Of a stretch of DNA of 64,000 nt, positions 10,103 through 20,222 are shown one piece after another (the stretch's first letter is position 1; every line of letters begins with the position of its first letter). The notes beneath the pieces are model-generated. The model did not search any database. It had not been told where the DNA came from and was given only the letters and a program-made list of their open reading frames with translations. Position numbers and translations under genes: made by a program. Origin of the DNA: Bacilli bacterium (lineage in GTDB: Bacteria > Bacillota_I > Bacilli_A > RFN20 > CAG-288); the NCBI GenBank assembly GCA_022647725.1, contig JALCLG010000001.1:66931-130930 (forward strand). The letters run 5' to 3'.

Positions 10103-11515
10103 TTAACCGATGGATCCATTCATATCGAATTTGATCAGCTGATTGAGCTCGACGGCATATTCCATCGGAAGCTCCTTGCTGAACGGCTCAAGGAAGCCCA
10201 TCACGATCATCTGCGTCGCGCCGGCTTTGGAAAGCCCGCGGGACATCAGGTAATAGAGCTGGTCTTCGTTGATCTTGCTGACGGAAGCCTCATGTTCGAG
10301 GTAGGAGGTCGCGTTCTCCACGACATTATGCGGAATGGTATCGGAATAGGAATGGTCGTCCAGAATCAGGGTATCGCACTCTTCGTGAGCCTTGGAACCG
10401 GTCGCCAACGGCGAAATCCGGATCTGGCCGCGGAAATTGGCGGTGCCGCCATTGCGGGCGATGGACTTGGAGATGATGGTCGACGAGGTATCCTTGCCGA
10501 GATGGATCATCTTGGCCCCGGTATCCTGCATCTGGCCCTGACTGGCCACGGCCACCGAGATCACGCTGCCCCGGCTGCGGTCACCTTTGAGGACACAGCA
10601 AGGATATTTCATGCAGGTCTTGCTGCCGATATTGCCATCGACCCATTCCATCAGGCCGTCGTCATCGACGATGGCGCGCTGGGTGACGAGGTTCAGAATG
10701 GAGTTGGACCAGTTCTGAATGGTGGTATAACGCATCTTGGCACGCTTGCCAACGAAGATCTCGACGATGGCGGCATGGAGGGACTCTTCGGAATACATCG
10801 GGGCGGTGCAGCCTTCGACATAGGTGAGCTCGGCATCGTCATCGACGATGATGAGCGTCCGCTCAAACTGTCCGGAACGGCGGTTGTTGATGCGGAAATA
10901 GGACTGCAGCGGCTTTTCCAGATGGCAGCCTTTCGGAACATAGATGAAAGAGCCGCCCGACCAGACGGCGCTGTTGAGAGCCGCATACTTGTTGTCAGCC
11001 GGCGGAACCAGCTTGCCGAAATACTTCTTGAAGATCTCCGGATACTGCTTCAGTCCCGAATCGGTATCCAGGAAGATGACGCCTTTCTCTTCGACTTCCT
11101 TCAGCATGTTGGAATAGACGGCTTCCGACTCATACTGGGTGGTGACGCCGGAAAGGAACTTCTGCTCCGCTTCCGGAATGCCAAGCTTGGCAAAGGTGTT
11201 CTTGACGGTGGAAGGGACTTCCTTCCAATCGGTGGCAATCTTGTCGCTGACCTTGGTGTAGTAGGTATAATCCTGGAAATTGATGCCGGAAAGATCCGGT
11301 CCGAAGGTCGGCTGATGATGATGGAAGAACTCTTTAAGGGACTTGAGACGGAAGTCGAGCATGAACTCCGGTTCGCCTTTCATCTTGGAGATGGTACGGA
11401 CCGTCTCCTCATCCAGACCTTTCGGGGTCTTGAAAATAGCGACATCCTTGTCCTGGAATTCGTACTTGGCCCGGTCATCGCTATCCAAAAGCTTCTTTTC
11501 CTGATCTTTATTCAT
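10103..11515 (-). CDS. sufB: Fe-S cluster assembly protein SufB
   Basis: 470 aa. Last gene of a sufC-D-S-U-B array. Conserved C-terminal [10 protein letters not shown]...A block. Confidence 0.95.
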   Translation of the reverse strand: MNKDQEKKLLDSDDRAKYEFQDKDVAIFKTPKGLDEETVRTISKMKGEPEFMLDFRLKSLKEFFHHHQPTFGPDLSGINFQDYTYYTKVSDKIATDWKEVPSTVKNTFAKLGIPEAEQKFLSGVTTQYESEAVYSNMLKEVEEKGVIFLDTDSGLKQYPEIFKKYFGKLVPPADNKYAALNSAVWSGGSFIYVPKGCHLEKPLQSYFRINNRRSGQFERTLIIVDDDAELTYVEGCTAPMYSEESLHAAIVEIFVGKRAKMRYTTIQNWSNSILNLVTQRAIVDDDGLMEWVDGNIGSKTCMKYPCCVLKGDRSRGSVISVAVASQGQMQDTGAKMIHLGKDTSSTIISKSIARNGGTANFRGQIRISPLATGSKAHEECDTLILDDHSYSDTIPHNVVENATSYLEHEASVSKINEDQLYYLMSRGLSKAGATQMIVMGFLEPFSKELPMEYAVELNQLIKFDMNGSIG

Positions 11516-11969
11516 GAGGAGTTCCTTCTTTCTTCTCGGCTTCGCTGAAAGCCTTCTTCAGTCCCCGCCAGGAAATGTTGGCGCAGGTGATACGGCTGGG
11601 CTGCCTGTTGACGTTCATGAAGCAGACGGCTTCGCCTAACGTCTCTTCGTCAAAAGGCTGACCGGCCAGCATCTTGTTGAACTCATCCATCATCTGGTTG
11701 GCCTCGGCCATCGGCTTGCCTTTGATCATCTCCGACATGATCGAGGTGGACGCCGTCGAGATGGCGCAGCCTTTGCCATGCCAAAGACAGTCTTCCACGA
11801 CCCCGTTAACGATCTTCACCTGAATATAGATGTCATCGATGCAGGAGGCCGAATCCATATGGATGGTGATATAGGAGGGATCCTGGGTCTCTTTGAAATT
11901 CCGGGGATACGTATAGTTGTCCATGATGATTTCTCTCATCATGGCCGGATCATCAATTGAAAAAGACAT
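11508..11969 (-). CDS. sufU: SUF-system Fe-S scaffold/sulfur acceptor SufU
   Basis: Start chosen at [24 protein letters not shown] (ATG 11969), which matches the usual SufU N-terminus. Cys ligands appear in [17 protein letters not shown]. The ORF-track start at 12050 is a read-back into sufS. Confidence 0.85.
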   Translation of the reverse strand: MSFSIDDPAMMREIIMDNYTYPRNFKETQDPSYITIHMDSASCIDDIYIQVKIVNGVVEDCLWHGKGCAISTASTSIMSEMIKGKPMAEANQMMDEFNKMLAGQPFDEETLGEAVCFMNVNRQPSRITCANISWRGLKKAFSEAEKKEGTPHE

Positions 11970-13185
11970 CGAGAAAATCCTCCGCATGCGAACTGGCTTC
12001 CACCAGAGCATCGACATCGGCCTCATCGTTATAGAAATAGAGGGAGGCACGGACGGTGGCCTGCTCCTTTAAAAACTCCGGAAGAATCTTCGCACAATGC
12101 TGTCCGGAGCGGACATAAACACCTTTCGAACCTAAGTAACTGGCGACATCCTGAGCAAAAACATCCTTGACGTTGAAGGTAATGATGCCAGCTTCGCTAT
12201 CGGGATTGTAGAGAGTGATCTTCGGGTTGGCACGAAGACCGTCGACCATCCGTTTCTTCAGTTTGGTTTCCTGCTCATGGATGGCAGCAAAGCCGACCTG
12301 CTTCAGATACTGACAGGCACTGGCCAGGCCCATCGCCCCGGCGATATCCTGCGTCCCGGCCTCAAACTTCAGTGGGGTCTCTTCCAAGGAGACCTTGCCG
12401 CAGCTGTTGAAGCGGGCATTCATCTCTCCGCCCGAGAAGAGCGGATCCATTTTGTCTAAGAGAGCCTTCTTCCCATAGAGGACGCCAATGCCGGTCGGGC
12501 CTAGCATCTTATGGCCGGAGAAGCAGAGGAAATCGACATCCAGGTCTTTGACATCGGTAGCCGTATGCGGCACTGACTGAGCACCGTCATCGACATATAA
12601 GGCACCCACGGAGTGGGCCAATTGGCAGAGTTCCTTTGTCGGCAAAGCATAGCCTAAGACATTCGTCACCGAGGCTAAGGAAACAACCTTGGTCTTATGA
12701 GACAGAACCGACTTCAGAGCCTCGGGCGTCACCCTTCCTTCGGGTGTCAAAGGCACATACTTGATGATGGCACCGCTCAGTTTGGCAACTTTGAACCACG
12801 GCAGGACGTTGCTGGCATGCTCGGCAAAGGAGAGAACGATCTCATCGCCGGTCTTTAGGAAAGGCAATAAACCATAGGCCACTTCATTCATGCCCATGGT
12901 ATCGCCGCTGGTGAAGACAACTTCGTCCGTTTCGGCGTGGATGAAATCGGCGATGGTCTTCCGGGCGCCGTCAAAAGCCTTATCGGCTTCCTGCGCCAGA
13001 GGATAGTCGCCCCGATGGGTATTGGCCGTAATATCCTGATAATAATGAAGGACGCTATCGATCACACTTTGCGGCTTAAACGTGGTGGCAGCATTGTCGA
13101 GATAATGAAGCGGCAGCCCACAGGCCTGGCCGTTGTTCCGATACATCGGGAAATCCTTGCGGATCGTTGCAATATCCAGACTCAT
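11953..13185 (-). CDS. sufS: cysteine desulfurase SufS (class V PLP enzyme)
   Basis: 410 aa. PLP-Lys motif FSGHKMLGPTG and active-site RSGQHCA. Confidence 0.95.
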   Translation of the reverse strand: MSLDIATIRKDFPMYRNNGQACGLPLHYLDNAATTFKPQSVIDSVLHYYQDITANTHRGDYPLAQEADKAFDGARKTIADFIHAETDEVVFTSGDTMGMNEVAYGLLPFLKTGDEIVLSFAEHASNVLPWFKVAKLSGAIIKYVPLTPEGRVTPEALKSVLSHKTKVVSLASVTNVLGYALPTKELCQLAHSVGALYVDDGAQSVPHTATDVKDLDVDFLCFSGHKMLGPTGIGVLYGKKALLDKMDPLFSGGEMNARFNSCGKVSLEETPLKFEAGTQDIAGAMGLASACQYLKQVGFAAIHEQETKLKKRMVDGLRANPKITLYNPDSEAGIITFNVKDVFAQDVASYLGSKGVYVRSGQHCAKILPEFLKEQATVRASLYFYNDEADVDALVEASSHAEDFLDVFFN

Positions 13186-13862
13186 AAGACAAAGCTCCCC
13201 AGAACCTTCTTGGCTTCGTCAATGCGGTTCTTGTCCTGTAAAGACTCAATCACCGGAAGAAGGTTGCCGAACGTGATCAGCTTCTTGCTCTCATCGAGGG
13301 AAAGCCCGCGGGACATCAGATAATAAAGAACATCCGGATTGTAGGCGCCTAAGGCTGCGCCATGGCTGGCCTTGACATCGTTCTCTTTGATCAGGAGAGC
13401 CGGCGAAACCTCGCTGTGGCTGTTCGGGGAGAGATTGGTGATCTTGCCTTCCTGACGGGTATCCGACCCGCTGGCACCGTTCTGAATATAGGAGTTGCCT
13501 AAGAACTTCAGCGACGAGGAGCCGAGATTGATGCCGGCCATCGTCGTCCGGGAATAGGACTTCTTGCCGAAATGATTGACATTGATGCTGAAGATCTTGT
13601 CGGCGCCTTCCGGGCAGAGCGAGGCGACTTTCACATCGGCCTTGCTGCCTTCCTGAAGATCGACCACCACCGACAGCGTGAGAGGCGTGGAAAGGAGGTC
13701 CACGAAAATCAGCGTCAGGGAAACATTCTTGGCAACCGTGAAATGAAGGCTGGTCTTCGGACTTAACGCCTTCGCGTTAAGGAAGAAGTCCAGCTGCGTA
13801 TCCTGATGGATGGCATTGTCCGTTATCGAGAGCGCGGAGAAATCCAAATAAGTCGTAGCCAT
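13182..13862 (-). CDS. sufD: Fe-S assembly protein SufD, unusually short form
   Basis: 226 aa. C-terminal [23 protein letters not shown] block, paralogous to SufB. Sits between sufC and sufS. Confidence 0.8.
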   Translation of the reverse strand: MATTYLDFSALSITDNAIHQDTQLDFFLNAKALSPKTSLHFTVAKNVSLTLIFVDLLSTPLTLSVVVDLQEGSKADVKVASLCPEGADKIFSINVNHFGKKSYSRTTMAGINLGSSSLKFLGNSYIQNGASGSDTRQEGKITNLSPNSHSEVSPALLIKENDVKASHGAALGAYNPDVLYYLMSRGLSLDESKKLITFGNLLPVIESLQDKNRIDEAKKVLGSFVL

Positions 13863-13863
13863 G

Positions 13864-14679
13864 TTATTTGTTGATGACCTGCTTGATGGCGCATTCGCCG
13901 ATCGAGGCCTGTTGCTTCTCTTCCTTGGCTAAGGAGATGCCATCTTCCTTTTCCAGGAAGGAGTAGCCTTCGGTGGATATTCTCTTGGCTAAGGCCATAT
14001 CGCCTTCCAAAGCAATCCTGCCGTTGACCATCACAGCCGTACGGTTGGGCGTAATAAGATCATAAAGCCTGTCGTAGTGGGAGATGACGATGAACGTCGT
14101 TCCCTGAGCCTTCAGTTCGTTGATGGTCTTGGCAATGAGAGCCAGGGCATCGACGTCCAAACCGGAATCGATCTCATCCAAGAAGACAAGACTGGGTTTC
14201 AGCAAGAGCATCTGCAGGATCTCGTTGCGTTTCTTCTCACCGCCGGAATAGCCTTCGTTCAGATGCCGGCTGGCCATCGACGAATCCAGGCCGACTTCCT
14301 CATAGGCCTTCGTGGTCTCTTTGTAGAAACTGAAAAGCGAGACCGGCTTCTCCTGATGGGCATTGATGGAGGCACGGAAGAAATCCATGGTGACGACGCC
14401 GGGGACATCCGGCGGGTTCTGGAAGGCCATGAAAAGACCTTTCTTGCTGCGGGTATCGACGCTTTCCTTCAAAAGATCCTCGCCGTCGAGAGTGACGCTT
14501 CCGGAGGTCACATGATAGCGGGGCGATCCCATCAAGACATTGAGCAGGGTCGACTTGCCGTGACCGTTGGGTCCTAAAAGAGCGAGCATATCGCCTTTGT
14601 TCACAGTGAGTGAGAGATTCTTGAGAATCTCGTTTCCTTCCGCCTCGGCGGAAAGGTTGGTGATGACGAGCTTATCCAT
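13864..14679 (-). CDS. sufC: Fe-S assembly ATPase SufC
   Basis: Walker A GPNGHGKST, ABC signature YSGGEKKR, Walker B LVFLDEIDSGLD. GGAGG SD upstream. Confidence 0.95.
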   Translation of the reverse strand: MDKLVITNLSAEAEGNEILKNLSLTVNKGDMLALLGPNGHGKSTLLNVLMGSPRYHVTSGSVTLDGEDLLKESVDTRSKKGLFMAFQNPPDVPGVVTMDFFRASINAHQEKPVSLFSFYKETTKAYEEVGLDSSMASRHLNEGYSGGEKKRNEILQMLLLKPSLVFLDEIDSGLDVDALALIAKTINELKAQGTTFIVISHYDRLYDLITPNRTAVMVNGRIALEGDMALAKRISTEGYSFLEKEDGISLAKEEKQQASIGECAIKQVINK

Positions 14680-14706
14680 AGATGGCCTCCTTGAAAATCA
14701 GCTCTA

Positions 14707-14737
14707 CTATTCTATTAAGAATAGAAGAGATAGGCAA
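14707..14737 (-). promoter_or_regulatory. suf operon promoter with an overlapping dyad operator
   Basis: Minus strand: TTGCCT (14737-14732), 17-nt spacer, TAGAAT (14714-14709). A perfect 7-bp inverted repeat CTATTCT-n4-AGAATAG (14707-14724) covers the -10. Confidence 0.5.
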
Positions 14738-14780
14738 ATGATATGATTATTTTCCGTCTTGAAAGAAGCCGGAAAAGGGT

Positions 14781-15200
14781 CTACAGGCTCTTCTTCAGCG
14801 TATCGGCCAATAAGAGCAGTTCCTTGTCCTCAATGGCTTGCGGCTTGAACTCCAGCTTCAGGCCATCGTTGTCATAGCGGGGAATGACGTGGATGTGGAA
14901 ATGGCTGATGGACTGTCCGGCGCTCTTGCCGACATTGGAAAGGATGTTGACGCCACTGGCACCTAACTCATGCATCTGCGCCTGGGCGATCATCTGCGCC
15001 ACCTCATAGCAATGGTCCATCACCGCCTTCGGGCAGGTGACAAACGAGGAGAAATGCTCCTTGGGAAGGACAAGCGTGTGGCCTTTGCTGGACGGATTGA
15101 TGTCCAGGAATGCCAGACAGATATCATCCTCATAGACTTTGTAGGACGGGATTTCGCCCCGGGCAATACGGCAGAAGATACAGCTATCGTTTTGGGTCAT
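14781..15200 (-). CDS. HIT-family nucleotide hydrolase/transferase
   Basis: 139 aa. Histidine triad HFHIHVIPR. Confidence 0.9.
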   Translation of the reverse strand: MTQNDSCIFCRIARGEIPSYKVYEDDICLAFLDINPSSKGHTLVLPKEHFSSFVTCPKAVMDHCYEVAQMIAQAQMHELGASGVNILSNVGKSAGQSISHFHIHVIPRYDNDGLKLEFKPQAIEDKELLLLADTLKKSL

Positions 15201-15235
15201 AAAAAGCCTCCTGATGATGCTTCTTTTATTATAGT

Positions 15236-15264
15236 CAAAAAGAGAAGGCTTTTCAGCCTTCTCT
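15236..15264 (-). terminator. intrinsic terminator after the lipoprotein pair
   Basis: AGAGAAGGC / GCCTTCTCT 9-bp stem with a T-run on the minus strand. Confidence 0.7.
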
Positions 15265-15271
15265 TGGAAGT

Positions 15272-17071
15272 CTAGTCGAACCAGCTGCCGAAGTTGAGAT
15301 TGGCGATGGAGATCTTGTCTTCGCTATCGACGGAAGACGTGGTCTTGAAGAGATCCTTGTAGTTGGTCTTCATGTAGGTAAGGAAGGCATCATCGGAGTA
15401 GCTGATCTTGGTCCGACGGAGCCAGTAGATGGCGCTATCGGTCTTGTAGGTGCCGGTCGTCGACATCGCATAGGCGATCTGACGGGCAAAGTAAGCTTTC
15501 TGATCCGCCGAGTACATGGAATCGGTATTGGTCGTGGAGAGCGAGGACGAGGAAGCCACATCGAGGATCCGGACCAGGTAATAGGTCTTGGAAGAGGAAT
15601 CGTAGTAGATGATGTTATCAGTATCGGAACCGTTGAGGGTGCCGGTCTTGGTGACATAGCGGAAGCCATCCTTCTCATAGACGGTGATGGAATCCTTCGA
15701 GGTATCCGGATTGGCCTTCATATAGGTGATGTCATCGGCAGACGTCGTCATATCCAAGGAGAAGACACGTTCCTTGAGGGCTGTCGGTAAGGAAGAAAGA
15801 CCATCGCTCTTCAGGTAGACGCCCTTGGTGACTAAGCTCTTGGTGGCAATATCATCGATGGCCTTGCGGACACCGGTGGCAATATCGTAGGTGTAGCTGC
15901 CCGTATACGTCGACTCCAGCGTGGTATCGGCCTTGTTGAGATCAGCAATGCCCTTGTCGAGCGTATCCTGATCCTTGGTGACCTTGCCAGCCAGCGTGTA
16001 GTTGTTCTGACGGACATCGTCGCCGATCAGACCGTTGGTCTTGAGCCAGGCCTTCTCGTCATCGGTCAAGACGACGGAAGTGCTGTTGCGGGTGCCGTTG
16101 ACTAAGCCATAACGCTTCTCGAGATCCGCATCCGTATCGGTGGTAGAGACGCCATCGATCACATCCTTGCTGATACCCTTCCAAAGACGGGAGAGCACCG
16201 AGAAGTCCTTATCGGTGCCAACCAGGTTGGTGACCGTGCCGCTGCCCTTGATGTAATCGCGGACATAAGCATCCAGCAGCTTCTTGGCCGAACCGATGGC
16301 CTGTTCATCGCTGCGATCGGTCAAGGCAATCACCTGCACGTTGCGGGCATTGCTGTTGCCGATGGCGGAATAGGTCTTGTTGTAGATGTATTCGGAGGTA
16401 AGGTAATTGATCTGCATATCCTCATAGAGGGAATTCTTGAAGTAGTACTGATAACGGGTGATGTTATCGTTGTTCTTGCTGTCCGTGCCATAGATGTTGT
16501 CGTAGGTCATGAAAGGGGTCACGAGCAGACCATTAAGGTCATTGAGGGTGACGTCGGCATTGCCGGCGCCTAAGGTGAAGTTCTCTTTGAGCGAGGTGAG
16601 GAATTTGTTTTCGTAGAAGAGGTTGTCTTTGGCGTAAGTGCCGTTACGGGAGGTCGATTCCATGGAAAGCTTGGCACGGTTCTGCAGGTTCTCGTTCTTG
16701 GCGGATAAGGTGGGAAGGGTGGTGCTGTCTAAGACGGACGAGGCCGTGATGGCATCGCTGGAGACAGCATTGACGTTGGTGCCGGTCTTGGTCGTGGCAT
16801 CATAGTTATGGGCTTCGGAGGCAATGGCCAGAAGAATCTGGTTGACGGCTTCCTTGTAGACGCCCTCGGTCGAAAGAACGTTCTTGTAGTACTGTTCCTT
16901 GTTGTTCTCGACGACCGTCACTGCCTTATCGGCAGCAAAGGTATCGACATCGCTGTACAAGGTCGAATTGTAATCGGTAGGATACTTGATCTTGGTGGTG
17001 GAGCAGGAAGCCAGAGTCAGCATGGCTAAGGCTAAAAGACTTGTCGCAATACGATGATTACTTCTTGACAT
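15272..17071 (-). CDS. large secreted lipoprotein, function unknown
   Basis: Start at ATG 17071, preceded by GAGGAGGAA. Signal peptide with lipobox LTLASC. S/T/N/D-rich mature part. Confidence 0.75.
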   Translation of the reverse strand: MSRSNHRIATSLLALAMLTLASCSTTKIKYPTDYNSTLYSDVDTFAADKAVTVVENNKEQYYKNVLSTEGVYKEAVNQILLAIASEAHNYDATTKTGTNVNAVSSDAITASSVLDSTTLPTLSAKNENLQNRAKLSMESTSRNGTYAKDNLFYENKFLTSLKENFTLGAGNADVTLNDLNGLLVTPFMTYDNIYGTDSKNNDNITRYQYYFKNSLYEDMQINYLTSEYIYNKTYSAIGNSNARNVQVIALTDRSDEQAIGSAKKLLDAYVRDYIKGSGTVTNLVGTDKDFSVLSRLWKGISKDVIDGVSTTDTDADLEKRYGLVNGTRNSTSVVLTDDEKAWLKTNGLIGDDVRQNNYTLAGKVTKDQDTLDKGIADLNKADTTLESTYTGSYTYDIATGVRKAIDDIATKSLVTKGVYLKSDGLSSLPTALKERVFSLDMTTSADDITYMKANPDTSKDSITVYEKDGFRYVTKTGTLNGSDTDNIIYYDSSSKTYYLVRILDVASSSSLSTTNTDSMYSADQKAYFARQIAYAMSTTGTYKTDSAIYWLRRTKISYSDDAFLTYMKTNYKDLFKTTSSVDSEDKISIANLNFGSWFD

Positions 17072-19286
17072 GGCAGAGTTCCTCCTCTTCGGCATTGATC
17101 ACGCCGCTCTGGAAATAACTGACGCAGACAGTCGGAATGATACGCTTGGGCTGCATCTCTTCGTTAAGGACGGTGGAATTGACGTAAGTTTCCCAGGACG
17201 AATCCAGGGTATCGTTAGCAGTCGTCGTCGCACTCTCGCGGGTGTAGGTGACGTACTCATCAATCAGTGACTTGATGGTGACGGTTTTGCCGGCTCTGTC
17301 CTTGGTATTGCCAAGCAGGTCGCCGAAATCCTTGCCGTACATCGTCTTGAACTTGGCCAGGTTGGCTTCCCAGATCTTGAAGTCAGTGTTGGAATCATAG
17401 GCACCGATCAGCGAACGGATCTTGGAGATACGGTCGTTGTAGGTGGTTTCGTTGCCTTTGCCGTTCTTTAAGTCGCCCTTGACGAAGTTGACGACGCTCG
17501 GATTGACGGAATAATCGGACGTGTAGGCTGTATCGGTCGCACCCTTGTTATCATCCGGAATGTTGACACGATAGTAACGATAGGCATAGGCGCCTTCGTT
17601 GTTCTTCTTATCAGTAGCATCATCGCCGGTACCCCAGGAACTGCGGTTGACCGTGATGAAATGAAGGCCCTGATAACCGGAATCACCCGAACCGGTACCT
17701 GCACGGGTGACCATGATCGGATAACCCTTCTCATCGACCAGGACGTTGTGAGCGGAAATGGCTTGGATGGAAGTCGAGCCGGCGGTCTTGATACCCGCAG
17801 TCTCGGTATAGTCGGTGGTATAGGCTTCGAGGTTGTCGCTGACATTGGTAACCGTCTTGAACTTGGTCTCATCGACCGGCGAATCACTGGAAAGCTTGGT
17901 TCCGGTCGTCGGATCCAGACCAATCAGAGCGCAGACCTGCTTATAGGCCTTGTAGCGTTCGGTCAGATCGGAGCAGGCAGCAATCAAAGCCAGCTTCGCG
18001 GTGGTATCGGAAGCGGCACTGACAGCAGCCACCAAAGCAGCCGCCCGCGTGGCCGTCACGGTATCGCTCGAATTGACAAGATTCTTCTCAAAGTCCAGAG
18101 CTTCTTCGATGAAGCGGGTCGCATACTCGCTGCGATCATCGTAGACGAAGCTTAAGGCATGGTTATTGAAATAATTGTTGAAGAGGACATTCCGAGGATA
18201 CTGATCGGCGCTTACCGTGTATTTGTCTTCACTGACGGTGGCATAGCCGCTATCGGCCTTATCCTGATCGGCAACCTGGCTCAGTTCAATGGCAACCGAA
18301 AGCGGAATGCCATAAGCCTTGGACTTGCCGAAACTGGTGTTGGCAATGTTACTGGCAACCGCCGACGAGGTGATCTCGCCCGTGGCCGTTCCCGGAACAC
18401 GTAAACCGGACTTGACCGCAGTGTTGCTCTTGGTCGTCGGATTGATGAAGGCATCATAAGCAAAGAGGCCAAGCTTGAATTCATTGACATAAGAGGTAGA
18501 GGTACCGACTAAGGTGCCGCTCGAACCGGCAAAGAGATCGCCATAGCTGGTGTTGGAGGAATCATCGGAAAGCAGCTGAGCGGTATCGCCGAAAGAAGAC
18601 GAGGAAATCAGGCCCTTGACGACGTTGGTGATCTGGTTAGCATCGGTGGAGCTGATTTCACCTTTGTAGGTGCCTTCACCGCCGCTGGCCGCATCGACCT
18701 TGACGAGAATATGAGAGACATGGTACGGATGGACGGTATCCACGTACTTCTGGGTCTCTTCCTCGGAGACATAATAAGAATAGGTGGTATCATCGGCGCT
18801 GGCGCCGTTGATGGTGGTCACCGTGCCGAAGTTATCTTCGGTATAGGCGGTCTTGTTATCGCTGACCTGTTCGGCCGCAATCCATTTATCACGGAGAGCG
18901 TCCTCATCGATGACGCCTTCGCTGTCGAGCGTCTTCTGCATTTCTTCCTTATAAGATGTGTTGTTGGTCGAGGCATTCTTCTTCCAGGTCTGTTCCTGTT
19001 CGGAGATCTTGCTGTCGATGTGAGCAATAATCGAATCGGTCCGCGGCGTCACGAACTGAGCAATCAGATTCTCAGCCGTGCTGAAATAAGCCTTGACCGA
19101 ATCCTTCTTATCGCTGAAAAGAGTGTAGACGTCAGAAAAACCGACGGTTTTGCCGCCGACAGTAGCCACGACACCGTCCGTCCAACTTGCATCCGGATAG
19201 GTGTAGTCCTTACTGCAGGAAGCGAGGCTGCCGGCAGCTGTTACCAAAGCAAGCAATAATGCCAGCGATTTGAAACCTTTTCTCAT
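17058..19286 (-). CDS. PrsA/SurA-like foldase lipoprotein with a split parvulin-type PPIase domain
   Basis: Start at ATG 19286 with AGGAGG 6 nt upstream. Lipobox SLASC. SurA-N-like VVATVGGKTVGFSDVY. Parvulin signature VSHILVKVD...YGDLFAG...FKLGLFAY, with the closing GYQGLHFITV about 250 aa later. Confidence 0.7.
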   Translation of the reverse strand: MRKGFKSLALLLALVTAAGSLASCSKDYTYPDASWTDGVVATVGGKTVGFSDVYTLFSDKKDSVKAYFSTAENLIAQFVTPRTDSIIAHIDSKISEQEQTWKKNASTNNTSYKEEMQKTLDSEGVIDEDALRDKWIAAEQVSDNKTAYTEDNFGTVTTINGASADDTTYSYYVSEEETQKYVDTVHPYHVSHILVKVDAASGGEGTYKGEISSTDANQITNVVKGLISSSSFGDTAQLLSDDSSNTSYGDLFAGSSGTLVGTSTSYVNEFKLGLFAYDAFINPTTKSNTAVKSGLRVPGTATGEITSSAVASNIANTSFGKSKAYGIPLSVAIELSQVADQDKADSGYATVSEDKYTVSADQYPRNVLFNNYFNNHALSFVYDDRSEYATRFIEEALDFEKNLVNSSDTVTATRAAALVAAVSAASDTTAKLALIAACSDLTERYKAYKQVCALIGLDPTTGTKLSSDSPVDETKFKTVTNVSDNLEAYTTDYTETAGIKTAGSTSIQAISAHNVLVDEKGYPIMVTRAGTGSGDSGYQGLHFITVNRSSWGTGDDATDKKNNEGAYAYRYYRVNIPDDNKGATDTAYTSDYSVNPSVVNFVKGDLKNGKGNETTYNDRISKIRSLIGAYDSNTDFKIWEANLAKFKTMYGKDFGDLLGNTKDRAGKTVTIKSLIDEYVTYTRESATTTANDTLDSSWETYVNSTVLNEEMQPKRIIPTVCVSYFQSGVINAEEEELCHVKK

Positions 19287-19427
19287 GTGTGTCCTCCTAA
19301 ATGAATAGCTCGCGCACAATTTCAGTCTTAATTAATATAGTAGTTTTAGCTCTCTATTTCAAGAAAAACCAAGTGTTTAGCAACTTTGGGCCTAAAATGA
19401 CGTGTTGCTATGCTAAAATGTTGGTGT

Positions 19428-20222
19428 ATGAGTGAAATTATCGCAATCGCAAATCAGAAAGGCGGTGTCGGCAAAACGACGACCAGTTACAACCTCGCCA
19501 GTGCCCTCAGCCGCTATAACAAACGGATTCTCTTGATCGACCTCGATACCCAGGGAAATTGTTCGTTGGCTATTGGTATCGACTCCACGATTTCGAAGAA
19601 GACCGTCTCCGAACTTCTTTTAGGTCAGATCGATTTAAGGAAAGCCATCCGCAAGACGGACTACGAGAATATTTCGATTATCCCGGCCAACCTGACGTTG
19701 GCCATGGTGGAATCCACCTTGACCAGCCAAGGCAAAAGCGCGGCTGTCACGCTCTTGAAGGAAAAGCTGAAAGACCGGGCCAGCCAGCTCTTTGATTTCA
19801 TCATCATCGACTGTCCGCCTTCCTTAGGCTTTTTAAGCCTCAATGCCCTGACAGCAGCGGACTCTCTCTTGATTCCGGTGAACTGCGAATACTTTGCTTT
19901 GGATGCCTTGGCTCAGCTTTTAGCTACCGTCACCCAGGTGCAAAGGACCACCAACCCGAAACTGGACATCATGGGAATCTTACTCACGATGATGGATCCC
20001 CGGACCAAGATCAGCACCGATATCGCCCAGGAAATCCGCGGTCAGTTCAAAGACAAAGTCTTTACCACCGTCATCCCCAGGAATGTCTCGGTGGCGGAAG
20101 CCATCTCCAAAGGGATGCCGGTCAATGCCTATAAGCCGTTAAGTGCCGGGTCGCTGACGTATGCCAGTTTAGCCAGGGAGGTTATGGAATTTGTCGAAAA
20201 GAAAGAACAGCAGCGATCTTGA
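19428..20222 (+). CDS. parA: ParA/Soj chromosome-partitioning ATPase
   Basis: Start at MSEIIAIANQKGGVGKTT (deviant Walker A). The earlier ATG at 19410 sits inside a TGcTAAAAT -10-like element. Confidence 0.9.
   Translation: MSEIIAIANQKGGVGKTTTSYNLASALSRYNKRILLIDLDTQGNCSLAIGIDSTISKKTVSELLLGQIDLRKAIRKTDYENISIIPANLTLAMVESTLTSQGKSAAVTLLKEKLKDRASQLFDFIIIDCPPSLGFLSLNALTAADSLLIPVNCEYFALDALAQLLATVTQVQRTTNPKLDIMGILLTMMDPRTKISTDIAQEIRGQFKDKVFTTVIPRNVSVAEAISKGMPVNAYKPLSAGSLTYASLAREVMEFVEKKEQQRS

Noticed and set aside
10007-11548. 513-aa ORF on the plus strand covering the whole of sufB in antisense.
   Set aside because: This is a shadow ORF. sufB on the opposite strand has unmistakable family motifs. 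The antisense product is low-complexity (G/D/L/R/I-rich) and has no SD. Long open antisense frames are expected when the sense strand avoids the TTA/CTA/TCA codons.
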